42,068 nucleotides of DNA from a virus (lineage: Duplodnaviria > Heunggongvirae > Uroviricota > Caudoviricetes), in the IMG/VR virus record IMGVR_UViG_2585427763_000002; one strand, written 5' to 3'. The position numbers were made by a program, and so were the translations under genes. Positions 27,361-37,808 of the stretch are shown piece by piece. Under the pieces are notes generated by a model. It was given only the letters and a program-made list of their open reading frames with translations. It ran no database searches and was not told the DNA's origin. Within the stretch, counting starts at the first letter, position 1; every line of letters begins with the position of its first letter.

Positions 27361-28779
27361 ATGCCGATTCAGCAACTTCCGCTCATGAAAGGTGTCGGCA
27401 AAGACTTCCGAAATGCCGACTATATCGACTATCTGCCAGTGAATATGTTGGCTACAGCCAAAGAAATACTCAACAGCAGAGGATATCTTCGCTCATTCCC
27501 GGGTATTGCCAAACGTTCCGACGTGAACGGCGTATCGCGGGGCGTCGAGTACAACATGGCGCAGAATGCTGTTTATCGCGTATGTGGTGGCAAGCTGTAT
27601 AAGGGCGAAAGTGAAGTCGGTGATGTTGCCGGAAGTGGTCGTGTATCAATGGCGCATGGTCGGACATCACAGGCGGTAGGCGTTAATGGTCAACTGGTCG
27701 AGTATCGCTATGATGGCACGGTTAAAACCGTCTCAAACTGGCCTACAGACAGCGGATTCACGCAGTATGAGTTAGGCTCAGTCCGCGATATTACGCGCTT
27801 ACGTGGGCGTTATGCGTGGTCAAAAGACGGCACTGATTCATGGTTTATCACTGACCTTGAAGACGAATCACATCCTGACCGATACAGCGCACAATATCGC
27901 GCAGAATCGCAGCCTGACGGCATCATCGGCATCGGAACATGGCGAGACTTCATCGTCTGCTTTGGTTCATCGACGATTGAATATTTTTCCCTGACTGGTG
28001 CAACCACCGTTGGTGCCGCTTTGTATGTCGCCCAGCCATCACTGATGGTGCAGAAAGGCATTGCCGGAACCTACTGCAAAACGCCGTTTGCTGACTCGTA
28101 TGCGTTCATCAGCAATCCGGCAACAGGCGCGCCGTCTGTGTACATCATCGGCTCCGGTCAGGTATCACCAATCGCCAGCGCGAGCATTGAGAAAATCCTC
28201 CGCTCCTACACTGCTGATGAACTGGCTGATGGCGTGATGGAGTCTCTGCGATTTGATGCGCATGAGCTGCTGATTATCCACCTTCCTCGCCATGTTCTCG
28301 TGTACGACGCATCTTCAAGCGCCAATGGTCCGCAATGGTGTGTGTTGAAAACGGGCCTGTATAACGATGTGTACCGCGCTATCGACTTCATTTACGAAGG
28401 CAATCAGATAACGTGCGGCGATAAGCTGGAGTCCGTGACCGGGAAATTGCAGTTCGATATCAGCAGCCAGTATGGGCTACAGCAAGAACACCTGCTGTTT
28501 ACTCCACTCTTCAAAGCAGATAACGCCAGATGCTTTGATCTGGAGGTGGAATCATCGACGGGTGTTGCTCAGTACGCTGATCGCCTTTTTCTCTCTGCAA
28601 CCACTGACGGCATAAATTACGGTCGTGAGCAGATGATTGAGCAGAATGAACCGTTCGTTTACGACAAACGCGTTTTGTGGAAGCGAGTCGGGCGCATCAG
28701 GAAAAATGTCGGCTTCAAATTGCGCGTTATCACGAAGTCACCTGTCACTCTGTCAGGCTGCCAGATAAGGATTGAGTAA
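27361..28779 (+). CDS. Tail hub/head-completion protein, P22 gp10-like
   Basis: 472 aa, same length and position as P22 gp10. Confidence 0.75.
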   Translation: MPIQQLPLMKGVGKDFRNADYIDYLPVNMLATAKEILNSRGYLRSFPGIAKRSDVNGVSRGVEYNMAQNAVYRVCGGKLYKGESEVGDVAGSGRVSMAHGRTSQAVGVNGQLVEYRYDGTVKTVSNWPTDSGFTQYELGSVRDITRLRGRYAWSKDGTDSWFITDLEDESHPDRYSAQYRAESQPDGIIGIGTWRDFIVCFGSSTIEYFSLTGATTVGAALYVAQPSLMVQKGIAGTYCKTPFADSYAFISNPATGAPSVYIIGSGQVSPIASASIEKILRSYTADELADGVMESLRFDAHELLIIHLPRHVLVYDASSSANGPQWCVLKTGLYNDVYRAIDFIYEGNQITCGDKLESVTGKLQFDISSQYGLQQEHLLFTPLFKADNARCFDLEVESSTGVAQYADRLFLSATTDGINYGREQMIEQNEPFVYDKRVLWKRVGRIRKNVGFKLRVITKSPVTLSGCQIRIE

Positions 28780-29480
28780 TGGTTGATTCATCACTGAATG
28801 ATCCTGTCGTGGTTCAGGCTACGCGCCTTGATGCTTCAATTTTGCCACGCAATATATTCAGCCAGTCTTACCTGCTGTATGTCATAAATCAGGGGGCTGA
28901 TGTCGGCGCAATTGCCGGGAAGGCAAATCAGGCTGGTCAGGGCGCTTACGATGCCCAGGTAAAAAACGATGAACAGGACGTCGAACTGGCAGATCACGAT
29001 TCAAGAATCACCGCAAACACAAAAGCGATAAATCTACTTGAGGTCAGGTTAACAACTGCCGAAGGGAAGATAGTCGTACTGCGTAGCGATGTTGATTACT
29101 TGCTGGATGAGGTTATCGATATTCAGGCGCATCTGGTCACTGTTGACAAAAGACTGGATGGCGTAGAAAGCGATGTATCTGACATTAAGAGTGATTACGT
29201 ATCGAAAACCGTAACCGAATTGCAGTCTCTTGAGTCACCGCTGGATGTAAAAACATCATATTCAGTTGATGGAATTCAGGTTGTTGGAGCAAGAAATACC
29301 GGATGGACTGCAGCCACGGGTACGCCACTTCTTGGCTCATTCAACGCTAACCAGTCATACGCTGTCGGCAATACGTACACACAATCCGAAGTCGCAGCAC
29401 TCGCTACAGGTTTGCAGCAGGCGCGGCAGCGTATTCTGGCGCTTGAAACGGCACTTAGATTACATGGGCTGATTGACTGA
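28779..29480 (+). CDS. Tail needle protein, P22 gp26-like
   Basis: 233 aa; N-terminus ...[45 protein letters not shown]... and C-terminus ...[13 protein letters not shown] recalled from P22 gp26. Confidence 0.85.
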   Translation: MVDSSLNDPVVVQATRLDASILPRNIFSQSYLLYVINQGADVGAIAGKANQAGQGAYDAQVKNDEQDVELADHDSRITANTKAINLLEVRLTTAEGKIVVLRSDVDYLLDEVIDIQAHLVTVDKRLDGVESDVSDIKSDYVSKTVTELQSLESPLDVKTSYSVDGIQVVGARNTGWTAATGTPLLGSFNANQSYAVGNTYTQSEVAALATGLQQARQRILALETALRLHGLID

Positions 29481-29935
29481 TGATTACATTCAAACCAACG
29501 CGAAACATCGACCTGATAGAAGCTGTCGGAAATCACCCTGACATTATTGCCGGGAGCAACAACGGTGATGGATACGACTACAAGCCTGAATGCCGTTACT
29601 TTGAGGTTAACGTGCACGGTCAGTTCGGCGGCATTGTTTACTATCAGGAGATTCAGCCGCTGACATTCGATTGCCACGCCATGTACCTGCCAGAGATTCG
29701 GGGATTCAGCAAGGAAATCGGGCTGGCGTTCTGGCGATACATTCTGACTAACACCACCGTTCAGTGCGTCACATCGTTCGCTGCACGCAAATTCCGCCAC
29801 GGGCAGATGTACTGCGCAATTATTGGCCTTAAGCGTGTAGGAACCATCAAGAAATACTTCAAAGGCGTGGATGACGTGACTTTTTACAGCGCCACACGCG
29901 AAGAACTAATCGACTTCCTGAATCACGGGAGATAG
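29480..29935 (+). CDS. Virion assembly/ejection-associated protein (P22 gp14 position)
   Basis: 151-aa ORF, TGATG-coupled to needle gene. Confidence 0.5.
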   Translation: MITFKPTRNIDLIEAVGNHPDIIAGSNNGDGYDYKPECRYFEVNVHGQFGGIVYYQEIQPLTFDCHAMYLPEIRGFSKEIGLAFWRYILTNTTVQCVTSFAARKFRHGQMYCAIIGLKRVGTIKKYFKGVDDVTFYSATREELIDFLNHGR

Positions 29936-29937
29936 CC

Positions 29938-30630
29938 ATGTTATATGCATTTAAGCTGGGCAGAAAACTGCGCGGCGAGGAACCGTATTGCCCTGAAAAA
30001 GGCGGGAAAGGTGGCAGTTCTGATAAAAGTGCAAAGTATGCCGCAGAAGCTCAGAAGTATGCCGCAGACCTGCAAAATCAGCAGTTCAACACCATCATGA
30101 ACAACCTGAAGCCGTTTACTCCTCTGGCTGGGAAGTATGTCGGCAGCCTTGAGAACTTATCGTCTCTGGAAGGGCAAGGTCAGGCACTTAACCAGTATTA
30201 CAACTCTCAGCAGTATAAAGACCTTGCAGGTCAGGCTCGCTATCAGAGTCTGGCGGCAGCGGAAGCAACAGGTGGATTGGGTTCCACCGCAACCAGTAAT
30301 CAGTTAGCAACAATCGCACCAACGCTTGGTCAGCAATGGCTGTCTGGACAAATGAACAATTACAACAACCTGGCAAATATCGGTCTTGGCGCTCTTCAGG
30401 GGCAGGCAAACGCCGGGCAGACATATGCCAACAACATGAGCCAGATTTCACAGCAAAGCGCGGCTCTTGCAGCGGCAAACGCCAACCGACCGTCAGCATT
30501 GCGGCAGGGTGTTAGTGGTGCTGCATCCGGTGCGCTTTTGGGTGGTGGCATAGCCAGTGCTCTCGAGCTATCAACTCCGTGGGGTGCTGGTATCGGTGCT
30601 GGTCTTGGTCTGCTTGGCTCGTTGTTTTAA
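29938..30630 (+). CDS. Ejection (internal virion) protein, P22 gp7-like
   Basis: 230 aa; N-terminus MLYAFKLGRKLRGEEPYCPEKGGKGGSSDKS...; Gly/Ala-rich C-terminus. Confidence 0.7.
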   Translation: MLYAFKLGRKLRGEEPYCPEKGGKGGSSDKSAKYAAEAQKYAADLQNQQFNTIMNNLKPFTPLAGKYVGSLENLSSLEGQGQALNQYYNSQQYKDLAGQARYQSLAAAEATGGLGSTATSNQLATIAPTLGQQWLSGQMNNYNNLANIGLGALQGQANAGQTYANNMSQISQQSAALAAANANRPSALRQGVSGAASGALLGGGIASALELSTPWGAGIGAGLGLLGSLF

Positions 30631-30640
30631 GGGGTAATCA

Positions 30641-31990
30641 ATGGCTACGTGGCAACAGGGTATTAATTCTGGTGGTTTTCTGGCTGGAATTGGTGCGCAA
30701 AATGAGAATGCGCCAAAGGCAAGCGACATTAACGCAACGCTTGGTCTGATCCGCGAAAACAATGAACTGGCTCGATCAGGTGCAAATAACGTTGGTCTGA
30801 CCGCGTTACGTGGTCTGGCTGGAGTTGCTGATATTTATAAGCAGGAACAGCAACAGAAAGCGATTAATGCGTTCAATAAGGTTCATGCTGATGCATGGGC
30901 TTCTGGTGATCCATCGGGACTATTTAAGTTTGCCCAGGAAAATCCAGCGTTTGTTGCACAGGCACAACAGGCGTTTTCCGGTCTTAATGAGCAGCAACGC
31001 AACGATATGGGCGATTTAGCCATGAGGGCTAACGTCGCTCTTTCCCAGGGACCGGAAGCCTACAGTAAATTCATTACTGACAACAAGGACAGGTTAAATC
31101 GCGTTGGTGCTAATGCTGACTGGATGATTCAGACAGGTATCCAGAATCCAGAGCAGCTATCACACATGCTGACTACTATGTCTCTCGGTGCACTTGGGCC
31201 AGAAAAGGCGTTTGCTGTTCAGGATAAGATGGTTGGTCGCCAGCAGGAGCAGCAAAGAATTAACGAAACCATTCGCAATAATGACATGACGAATGCGAGG
31301 GCTATTAGGGGGCAGGATCTTTCCTATAAGGCTCAAATGGCAAGACTGAATCACGACAAGTATGTGTTTAAGCAGTCACAGGCGGCCCTTGAAAGAGCAG
31401 GACAACTTCAGGATATGGATGTTTTGTCTCTTAACTCACAGATAGCAGCGACGGGAATTGATCCGCTAACCGGTAAAGCTGCAACGTCAGCCAGAATGTC
31501 TCAGGCTAAGAGATGGCTTGATGGCAACAATAATTACAACAATGCGTTGATTACTGGTGAGCGAGGGATAGAGAAAATAGATTCTTTGCTTGGTAAGAAG
31601 GAGCTTGAAGGTATCGGTCGCTTCGAAGGAAGAAATATAGATGGCTTCACAAGTGCTGAAGGGCTTGCAAACCGTAATGCGATAGAAGAATTAAAGTCGG
31701 GTGCGTTTGTCCAGAACGTGCAGACTATGCGAGGTATGGGTAGCCTCTCCAATGCTGAAGGACAAAAACTGGAAAACCTTATCGCGAAACTCGATATAAC
31801 ACAGCCTGAAGAGGTCGTCAGAAAACAGTTATCTGAAATCCGATCGCAATATTCTGTATTTCAAAAGGTTGCAGCAAGGGAGGCTGAATCAATGGGATAT
31901 AGTTCATCAGGTTATGACACATATGTTAGTGAGCGAAAATCAGGAAGCGACAGCAATAAGTCCGGTTTCTCGTCTTTATGGGGTGATTAA
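30641..31990 (+). CDS. Ejection protein, P22 gp20-like
   Basis: 449 aa in conserved order after gp7-like gene. Confidence 0.65.
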   Translation: MATWQQGINSGGFLAGIGAQNENAPKASDINATLGLIRENNELARSGANNVGLTALRGLAGVADIYKQEQQQKAINAFNKVHADAWASGDPSGLFKFAQENPAFVAQAQQAFSGLNEQQRNDMGDLAMRANVALSQGPEAYSKFITDNKDRLNRVGANADWMIQTGIQNPEQLSHMLTTMSLGALGPEKAFAVQDKMVGRQQEQQRINETIRNNDMTNARAIRGQDLSYKAQMARLNHDKYVFKQSQAALERAGQLQDMDVLSLNSQIAATGIDPLTGKAATSARMSQAKRWLDGNNNYNNALITGERGIEKIDSLLGKKELEGIGRFEGRNIDGFTSAEGLANRNAIEELKSGAFVQNVQTMRGMGSLSNAEGQKLENLIAKLDITQPEEVVRKQLSEIRSQYSVFQKVAAREAESMGYSSSGYDTYVSERKSGSDSNKSGFSSLWGD

Positions 31991-34158
31991 TGGCTAAAGC
32001 ATGGAAAGATGTTATCGCTTCTCCACAGTATCAGGCGTTAACTGAAGAACAGAAAGCACAGGCTCAAGCGCAATATTTTGATGAGGTTGTTGCCCCTAAG
32101 GCTGGTGACAAATGGGCTGAAGCAAGAGATCAGTTTTATGCAGCATACCCTCCACCTCAGCAGCAGAAAGAAGAACCATCATTGATGCAACAAGCTGGTG
32201 ATTGGCTCACAGGTGGTCAAAGTGCAGGGCAAATTGCAGAACAGGCTGGTCGTGGTCTGGTAAACATACCATTTGACGTATTGCAGGGTGGCGCAAGTCT
32301 GATTAATGCAATCAGCCAGGGGCTTGGTGGCCCAAAGGTTTTGGATGATGTCTATCGTCCAGTCGATCGACCGACAGACCCTTATGCGCAAGCCGGTGAA
32401 ACAATTGGTGGGTATCTCCTGCCAATTGGCACAGCGGCAAAAGCTGCTGGAGCGCCAGCAAAGCTCGCTGGAGATATCGGTTCCGCAGGAAACATGATTG
32501 CAGGTTCTCTTGCTGATGCTGCAAATCAGGAGGGCGACTTTGCACAAAATGCTGCCATTAACGGTGGTATCAATATTGGTGCTCAGGGGATACTTTCTGG
32601 GGCTGGAAGGATCTTAACCTCTAAATCACCTCAAGTTCTTGGTGGCGGGGCAATAAATTCCGCTGCTGATGTTTCGAAAATGGCAAAGTCTGGTACAGGA
32701 AGAGAGATTATTGCCAGACAGTCAGCTAATGTGTCAGACGAAATAGCAAAAGCAGCAGATACTGCTGGAATAGATATCAACGCATTAACTCCTGGCATGA
32801 GATCAGGTAGTCGTGGTCTTGCTCAGGCGGAGGGGATTCTGGCGTCAAAGCCCGGAATTACACAGGATGCACACACCAAAGCATTCAGTGAAATAGAGTC
32901 GAAATTTAACTCAGCATTGGATGAGTTTGGGGCTGAAGCAGGAACTGCATCAGAAAAAAGTGCAGCCATAAAACAAAGGGTTTTGGCAAGTATTGATAAA
33001 ATGAAAAATTCAGAAAAGGCTGCATGGGATAGCGTCCGCTCCACGATGCCTGACGCAAAGGCCAGAATGTCAAACCTGAATGCTACAATTCAGGGTGATA
33101 TTTTGGCTGGCATGCCGCTAACTCCTGAGATGAAACAATTCGCATCTGCTTATGCTAAAACTGGTAAAAAAGGAATCACGTTTGATGCCATGAAGGCATG
33201 GCGAAGTAAACTTGCTGACGCAGAGCAGAAGTATATAAGGTCTGGTGAGGCAAATACGGCAAGGCGCATGGCGGAGCTTCGTGATGCAGCAACGGAAGAT
33301 ATGCGCATAATGGCTCAAAATGGCGGTTTTCTTGATGACTGGCAAAAAGCTAATGATCTGTCAAAGGCAAGATTTACAGCACAAGAACAGGCTGAAGCAG
33401 CGTTTGGTAGAGACCTTGCAACTGATCAGTTGGTAACTAATGGATCTAAGGCGTTACAGGGTTCAGCAAAAAGTGGAACAGGTCAGTTCCATAAAATAAT
33501 AAGCGCCCTACCTGAGTCGGAACGCGCGCCAGCAATTGCATCAATATTACAAGATGCAATGTCGCAAGGGGTACGCGGAGGTAAGTCTGAAGAGGCTGGA
33601 ATTAAGCATATCGCGACTATTCTTACCCCACAAAACGTGAAGGCAATTAGTCGATATTCTCCAGAACTTGGCAGGATTACAAGTTCATACGGAGAACTTG
33701 CACGAGCAGCAACAAAGCCACTTCGATATATTGAACAGACAGGGCGATCTATGCCAGCCATTAGCACTCTTGAGAATGGCCTTCATCCAGTTTTAGAGAG
33801 CGCATTGTCTGGCGCTTTTAGAACTACTGGCACTATCGCAGGGTTCTCTGGAGGAGGCGTTATTGGAGCAATAGCGGGTGGCGCTGCAGGTGGGGCAATT
33901 GATGCAATGGCAAAAGGAGCGATAGCGAAATTATCCGCAACTAGAAGCGGTCGTTACGCTATTGAAAAGGCTGTTCAAGAGGCAACAAAGGCAGTTAAGG
34001 TTGGGGCAAGTGATGGTGCATTAGCGGCGGCGGAACGCAGATTTATGGCAAATAAGGCCGCCGTAAAAGCAATACGCGAGGCACTAGGAAACGAAGAGTT
34101 CCAGCGTTTAGCAAGAGCTGGAATTGTGGCATCGCTAAGCGGAATGGCACAGGAGTAA
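31990..34158 (+). CDS. Ejection protein, P22 gp16-like
   Basis: 722 aa, Ala/Gly-rich; last gene of rightward virion operon before the accessory island. Confidence 0.65.
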   Translation: MAKAWKDVIASPQYQALTEEQKAQAQAQYFDEVVAPKAGDKWAEARDQFYAAYPPPQQQKEEPSLMQQAGDWLTGGQSAGQIAEQAGRGLVNIPFDVLQGGASLINAISQGLGGPKVLDDVYRPVDRPTDPYAQAGETIGGYLLPIGTAAKAAGAPAKLAGDIGSAGNMIAGSLADAANQEGDFAQNAAINGGINIGAQGILSGAGRILTSKSPQVLGGGAINSAADVSKMAKSGTGREIIARQSANVSDEIAKAADTAGIDINALTPGMRSGSRGLAQAEGILASKPGITQDAHTKAFSEIESKFNSALDEFGAEAGTASEKSAAIKQRVLASIDKMKNSEKAAWDSVRSTMPDAKARMSNLNATIQGDILAGMPLTPEMKQFASAYAKTGKKGITFDAMKAWRSKLADAEQKYIRSGEANTARRMAELRDAATEDMRIMAQNGGFLDDWQKANDLSKARFTAQEQAEAAFGRDLATDQLVTNGSKALQGSAKSGTGQFHKIISALPESERAPAIASILQDAMSQGVRGGKSEEAGIKHIATILTPQNVKAISRYSPELGRITSSYGELARAATKPLRYIEQTGRSMPAISTLENGLHPVLESALSGAFRTTGTIAGFSGGGVIGAIAGGAAGGAIDAMAKGAIAKLSATRSGRYAIEKAVQEATKAVKVGASDGALAAAERRFMANKAAVKAIREALGNEEFQRLARAGIVASLSGMAQE

Positions 34159-34488
34159 TTAGTCATCCATGGATGGATTGAGCTTATCTCGTGTTGATGT
34201 GGCAATTTTCCCAACATTTTTCAACCAAGATTTTAAGAAGGATATGTCGTCCTTAATATCATGAATATCCTCATTCTTTATACGATCAACCTTATCCTCT
34301 AAGCTCTCTATAGAACGCTCAATGCTAGACAGAGAGATTTTTAAGTCCCCTTGCTCACGTTCCAGTGAGGATTTGAGAGCACAATATTCGTTTTCTAGAA
34401 TTCCTATTTTTTTTGTTAGAGAGTGCATTCGATACTCATACACCAAACCAGAAACGACTAATGCAGCCAACAGAAACCATTCAAGCAC
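34159..34488 (-). CDS. Small membrane-anchored coiled-coil protein (accessory; function unknown)
   Basis: 109 aa; N-terminal TM helix MLEWFLLAALVVSGLVYEY then heptad-like charged repeats; divergent from Panacea-like gene across AT-rich promoter region. Confidence 0.5.
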   Translation of the reverse strand: MLEWFLLAALVVSGLVYEYRMHSLTKKIGILENEYCALKSSLEREQGDLKISLSSIERSIESLEDKVDRIKNEDIHDIKDDISFLKSWLKNVGKIATSTRDKLNPSMDD

Positions 34489-34856
34489 ACCAACCTCCTT
34501 AGTTTTGCTCAGGATACCAGATGATACTTTATTGGTGGAGTGGTGTGTGAAAACGTGTCAACGACAAACCATCCACAACTTGGACGAATGATTTAGCAAA
34601 AAGTGCTATTTTTGGTGTTTGGTGTCATAGAAAAGTGAATAGCTCACTTTTCAACATTGCATGAAACTTGCAGGAAATGTGACATTACCTTATAGGTAAC
34701 TTCGGCGAAAATGCAGTAAATGTGAAACGTAATGGTTTAAACATGTCGCTAAAGTGGTTGTAAGTTAGCCTCCGAAGGATTGCTGATAGCTTTGTTATAG
34801 TATTAAATGACATTTGACATAGTTGGATACTTAGCTGTGGCTATCAAGATGGAGGT

Positions 34857-35306
34857 GTGTTCATGCTTACTTGTTTTGATGTCGCCGACTACTTCCTGTC
34901 GCGGTGTGACGAGGATAGCGGTGACGCAATCTCTAATTTAAAATTACAAAAGCTTGTTTACTATGCTCAGGGTTTTTCATTGGCGTTGCTTGGCGAGCCT
35001 CTTTTTCAGAATAAGATGGAAGCTTGGATGCATGGCCCTGTTGTCCCTGAGCTTTATCACCGTTATAAACAATATGGTAATGGTGCTATCCCTTCTCCAG
35101 AGTCTTTTGATGCTGAAAAATTCAGCGAAGAACAGTTAGAGCTATTAGAAGAAGTCTGGGATGTTTTTGGGCAATTTTCTGCCTGGAAACTGAGGAACAT
35201 GACACACGAAGAGTCACCATGGAGATCAAACTATATTGAGGGTGTTGGTGGTTCTGAAATTAGTTCTAAGGAGATGGCAGAGTACTTTGCAACTCGGATT
35301 AACTAA
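34857..35306 (+). CDS. Panacea (DUF4065; SocA/GepA-type) domain protein, candidate antitoxin
   Basis: 149 aa; ISNLKLQKLVYYAQGFSLALLGEPLFQNKMEAWMHGPVVPELY matches the Panacea consensus as recalled. Confidence 0.6.
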   Translation: MFMLTCFDVADYFLSRCDEDSGDAISNLKLQKLVYYAQGFSLALLGEPLFQNKMEAWMHGPVVPELYHRYKQYGNGAIPSPESFDAEKFSEEQLELLEEVWDVFGQFSAWKLRNMTHEESPWRSNYIEGVGGSEISSKEMAEYFATRIN

Positions 35307-35310
35307 CGAG

Positions 35311-35730
35311 ATGGCAAGAAAATCTAAAAGGATTATCCCCCCTGCTGAATCTACAGGTAAGTTAAAGTTAGGGCCGCAGTCAGGGGGGAATTCAGATCAA
35401 AAGAAACCGAAATTTTCATTCTGTTACATCCAAAGCTCTCACTGCATAACGAAATGCCAAAAAGATGAGAAAGCTGGCTTAGCTGATAAATTATACAGAT
35501 TAAGTCAACTAACATGGGCAGATATTAAGCAGCAAGGTAGGCATAAGCTTGGATTTGAGAAGATTGCAAGGGGTGCAATTAAAGCAGGTATCCCCAGTCA
35601 TATAACGGAAGACGTAGATCATTTCTTGGCTTTTAGATTTGATGATTTGAAAGCCATGGTTGGTTATCGTCTTGGATCGACATTTTTTGTTATATGGCTT
35701 GATAGAGAGTTCAACCTATACAAGCACTAA
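35311..35730 (+). CDS. Unknown protein coupled to Panacea-like gene (candidate toxin/effector)
   Basis: 139 aa from ATG 35311, 4 nt after upstream stop; basic N-terminus; no recognised family. Confidence 0.5.
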   Translation: MARKSKRIIPPAESTGKLKLGPQSGGNSDQKKPKFSFCYIQSSHCITKCQKDEKAGLADKLYRLSQLTWADIKQQGRHKLGFEKIARGAIKAGIPSHITEDVDHFLAFRFDDLKAMVGYRLGSTFFVIWLDREFNLYKH

Positions 35731-35731
35731 T

Positions 35732-35757
35732 AAAACCCCCCGTCAGGTGGGTTTTTT
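35732..35757. terminator. Putative bidirectional terminator between convergent genes
   Basis: AAAACCC-(10 nt loop)-GGGTTTT with T-run, between 35730 (+ gene end) and 35743 (- gene end). Confidence 0.4.
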
Positions 35758-35994
35758 GTACAAATCCTTCAGCGTATCAAACACCATCTTCCTAACAAGT
35801 TCGGACTGCTCATCAGCGATGCGTTCTGCATCGTCTCGATAGCCTGCAATTGGTGATGGTTTTGATAGCGCATCCTGAACGATTTGTAATAACTCTGAGT
35901 TCATTGACCTTCCGTTAGCCTCTGCTCTTAATTTCAATTTTTCTCTTACTTCCAAAGGCATACGGAAGTTAAAGTGCGGATCGTCTCTAGCCAT
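35743..35994 (-). CDS. mnt: Mnt repressor (Arc/MetJ ribbon-helix-helix), P22 immI type
   Basis: 83 aa, MARDDPHFNFRMPLEVREKLKLRAEANGRSMNSELLQIVQDALSKPSP... recalled as near-identical to P22 Mnt. Confidence 0.8.
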   Translation of the reverse strand: MARDDPHFNFRMPLEVREKLKLRAEANGRSMNSELLQIVQDALSKPSPIAGYRDDAERIADEQSELVRKMVFDTLKDLYKKPT

Positions 35995-36017
35995 GCCATC
36001 ACTCCAAGTTAGTATCT

Positions 36018-36281
36018 CTAACTTTCGTCTTTATTGTTGCTATACATGCATTTCAACTTCTCAACATCATGTTCAAGATCTATCAATCGTGATGCTATAG
36101 TTGCAAGGTCTAGTGCTTGAATGTGTTTATTTTTTTCGGTCCATGCTTCAAGTGCCGCGACCATCTCAGCATTTAATGAACGAGAATTAGCCTCAGCCAG
36201 TTCAATAAGACGTTCCTTTATCTCTACAGGAAGCCTCAGATTCACTTGAGGGTTTTTGTACTTACGATCAGACATCGGCAC
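36018..36281 (-). CDS. Second ribbon-helix-helix (Arc/Mnt-like) protein
   Basis: 87 aa; PQVNLRLPVEIKERLIELAEANSRSLNAEMVAALEA RHH signature plus C-terminal extension. Confidence 0.6.
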   Translation of the reverse strand: MPMSDRKYKNPQVNLRLPVEIKERLIELAEANSRSLNAEMVAALEAWTEKNKHIQALDLATIASRLIDLEHDVEKLKCMYSNNKDES

Positions 36282-36380
36282 ATCCTGAATAATTTTTTAC
36301 CACAGGATATGTAGGTATCTATTGACTATCAATGCGTACCTAAATACTATGTATGCGTACCACATACAACGGAGGATGCA
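36282..36380. promoter_or_regulatory. Divergent immI-like promoter/operator region
   Basis: AT-rich interval with direct repeats ATGCGTACC (x2) between leftward RHH genes and rightward arc-like gene. Confidence 0.45.
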
Positions 36381-36521
36381 ATGAAGGTAAAAACACTGCG
36401 TATGCCAGAGAAGTTAGAAAAAATCCTTGAAGAGAAAGCAAAGGAAGAGTGTCGCTCATTTAGTGCAGAAGTAATTAAACGGGTGATGGACAGCCTGAAG
36501 AGAGAGGGGATAACGGTATGA
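36381..36521 (+). CDS. Arc-like ribbon-helix-helix repressor
   Basis: 46-aa ORF (MKVKTLRMPEKLEKILEEKAKEECRSFSAEVIKRVMDSLKREGITV) after GGAGGA; below ORF-track cutoff. Confidence 0.5.
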   Translation: MKVKTLRMPEKLEKILEEKAKEECRSFSAEVIKRVMDSLKREGITV

Positions 36522-36721
36522 GTAAAGAATGTTGTTTCTGCGGCATTAGCGAATCAGACGCTGATCAAACATACATTTACTCTAAAGAAACAGGTCGGAT
36601 GCTGTGTAGTGACTGCGTGTTGGACATCATAAGATACAAGCATCTTGGATGTTCTGCCAGCATTAGCAATATAGGTGAAGTATATGAAGGGAAAGATATA
36701 ACTGATAGAGCAGAAAGTTGA
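36518..36721 (+). CDS. Small zinc-ribbon-like protein
   Basis: 67 aa with CxxC...CxxC pattern (CCFCG ... CSDC); ATGA-coupled to arc-like stop. Confidence 0.45.
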   Translation: MSKECCFCGISESDADQTYIYSKETGRMLCSDCVLDIIRYKHLGCSASISNIGEVYEGKDITDRAES

Positions 36722-36784
36722 AGCCCCAACTGCGGTAACAGTCAGGGCTTCGGTATCGTAAAACCACGCATAGGAATTAACGAC

Positions 36785-37708
36785 ATGAAAAGTATAGCAA
36801 CAGCAGTATCTACTATCAATGTACCATTCCACGGCGCAGAGCTTTATGTTGTCAATCACAACGGTGAGCCGTACACCCCAATGAAACCTATCGTTGAGGG
36901 AATGGGTATGGATTGGGCTTCACAGTTTACAAAGTTAAAACAAAGATTTGCTAAAGGTATTGTGGAAATCGCAATACCTTCAGTTGGCGGTGTGCAGAAC
37001 ATGATTTGCCTTGCTTTACGTAAACTTAATGGCTGGTTGCAAACCATCAGTCCTAACAAAGTCCGCCCTGAAATCCGCGACAATGTAATCCAGTATCAAG
37101 AAGAGTGTGACGATGTGCTATACGAGTACTGGACTAAAGGCCATGTAGTTAACCCACGCAAAGCTAAAAAGGCGTTGCCGGGTAAAATCACCACTGAGCA
37201 GCAGGAAGCCATTAAACAACTCGTCATGAGTCGCGGTCAGTCTCTGCCAAAAGAAAAACAGGCTAAGGCGATGATCACCATGTGGTCGTCACTGAAATCC
37301 CATTTTGGATGTTCGTACAAAGAAATCAGTGAGGAGCAGTTTACCGAAGCACTATCGCTTGCAGCTCGAGTTCCACTTGAAGGTGAGTTCATTGGCAAAC
37401 AAGAGAAGAAAACCAACGAGCTTTCTGCAAAAGAAGCAAACAGCCTTGTATGGCTATGGGATTATGCCAACCGCTCACAGGCATTATTCCGCGAATTGTA
37501 TCCGGCGCTAAAACAAATTCAATCGAACTATTCAGGCAGATGCTACGACTACGGTCATGAGTTCTCGTATGTTATCGGAATGGCGAGAGATGTTTTAATT
37601 AATCACACACGAGATGTTGATATCAATGAGCCAGACGGACCAACGAATCTTTCTGCATGGATAAGACTTAAGAACAAAGAATTACCTCCTTCAGTACATA
37701 ACTACTGA
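36785..37708 (+). CDS. ant: Antirepressor (Ant-like)
   Basis: 307 aa downstream of arc-like gene as in P22 immI; followed by strong terminator. Confidence 0.65.
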   Translation: MKSIATAVSTINVPFHGAELYVVNHNGEPYTPMKPIVEGMGMDWASQFTKLKQRFAKGIVEIAIPSVGGVQNMICLALRKLNGWLQTISPNKVRPEIRDNVIQYQEECDDVLYEYWTKGHVVNPRKAKKALPGKITTEQQEAIKQLVMSRGQSLPKEKQAKAMITMWSSLKSHFGCSYKEISEEQFTEALSLAARVPLEGEFIGKQEKKTNELSAKEANSLVWLWDYANRSQALFRELYPALKQIQSNYSGRCYDYGHEFSYVIGMARDVLINHTRDVDINEPDGPTNLSAWIRLKNKELPPSVHNY

Positions 37709-37727
37709 CAGATAAACAACGCAACGA

Positions 37728-37750
37728 CCCAGCTTCGGCTGGGTTTTTTT
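37728..37750 (+). terminator. Rho-independent terminator after ant
   Basis: CCCAGC-TTCG-GCTGGG followed by TTTTTTT. Confidence 0.7.
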
Positions 37751-37808
37751 ATGCCCAAAATTCACCGTAGCCCCGCTGCGGAGATTCCTTGTATCTGGAG
37801 CAAATTAA

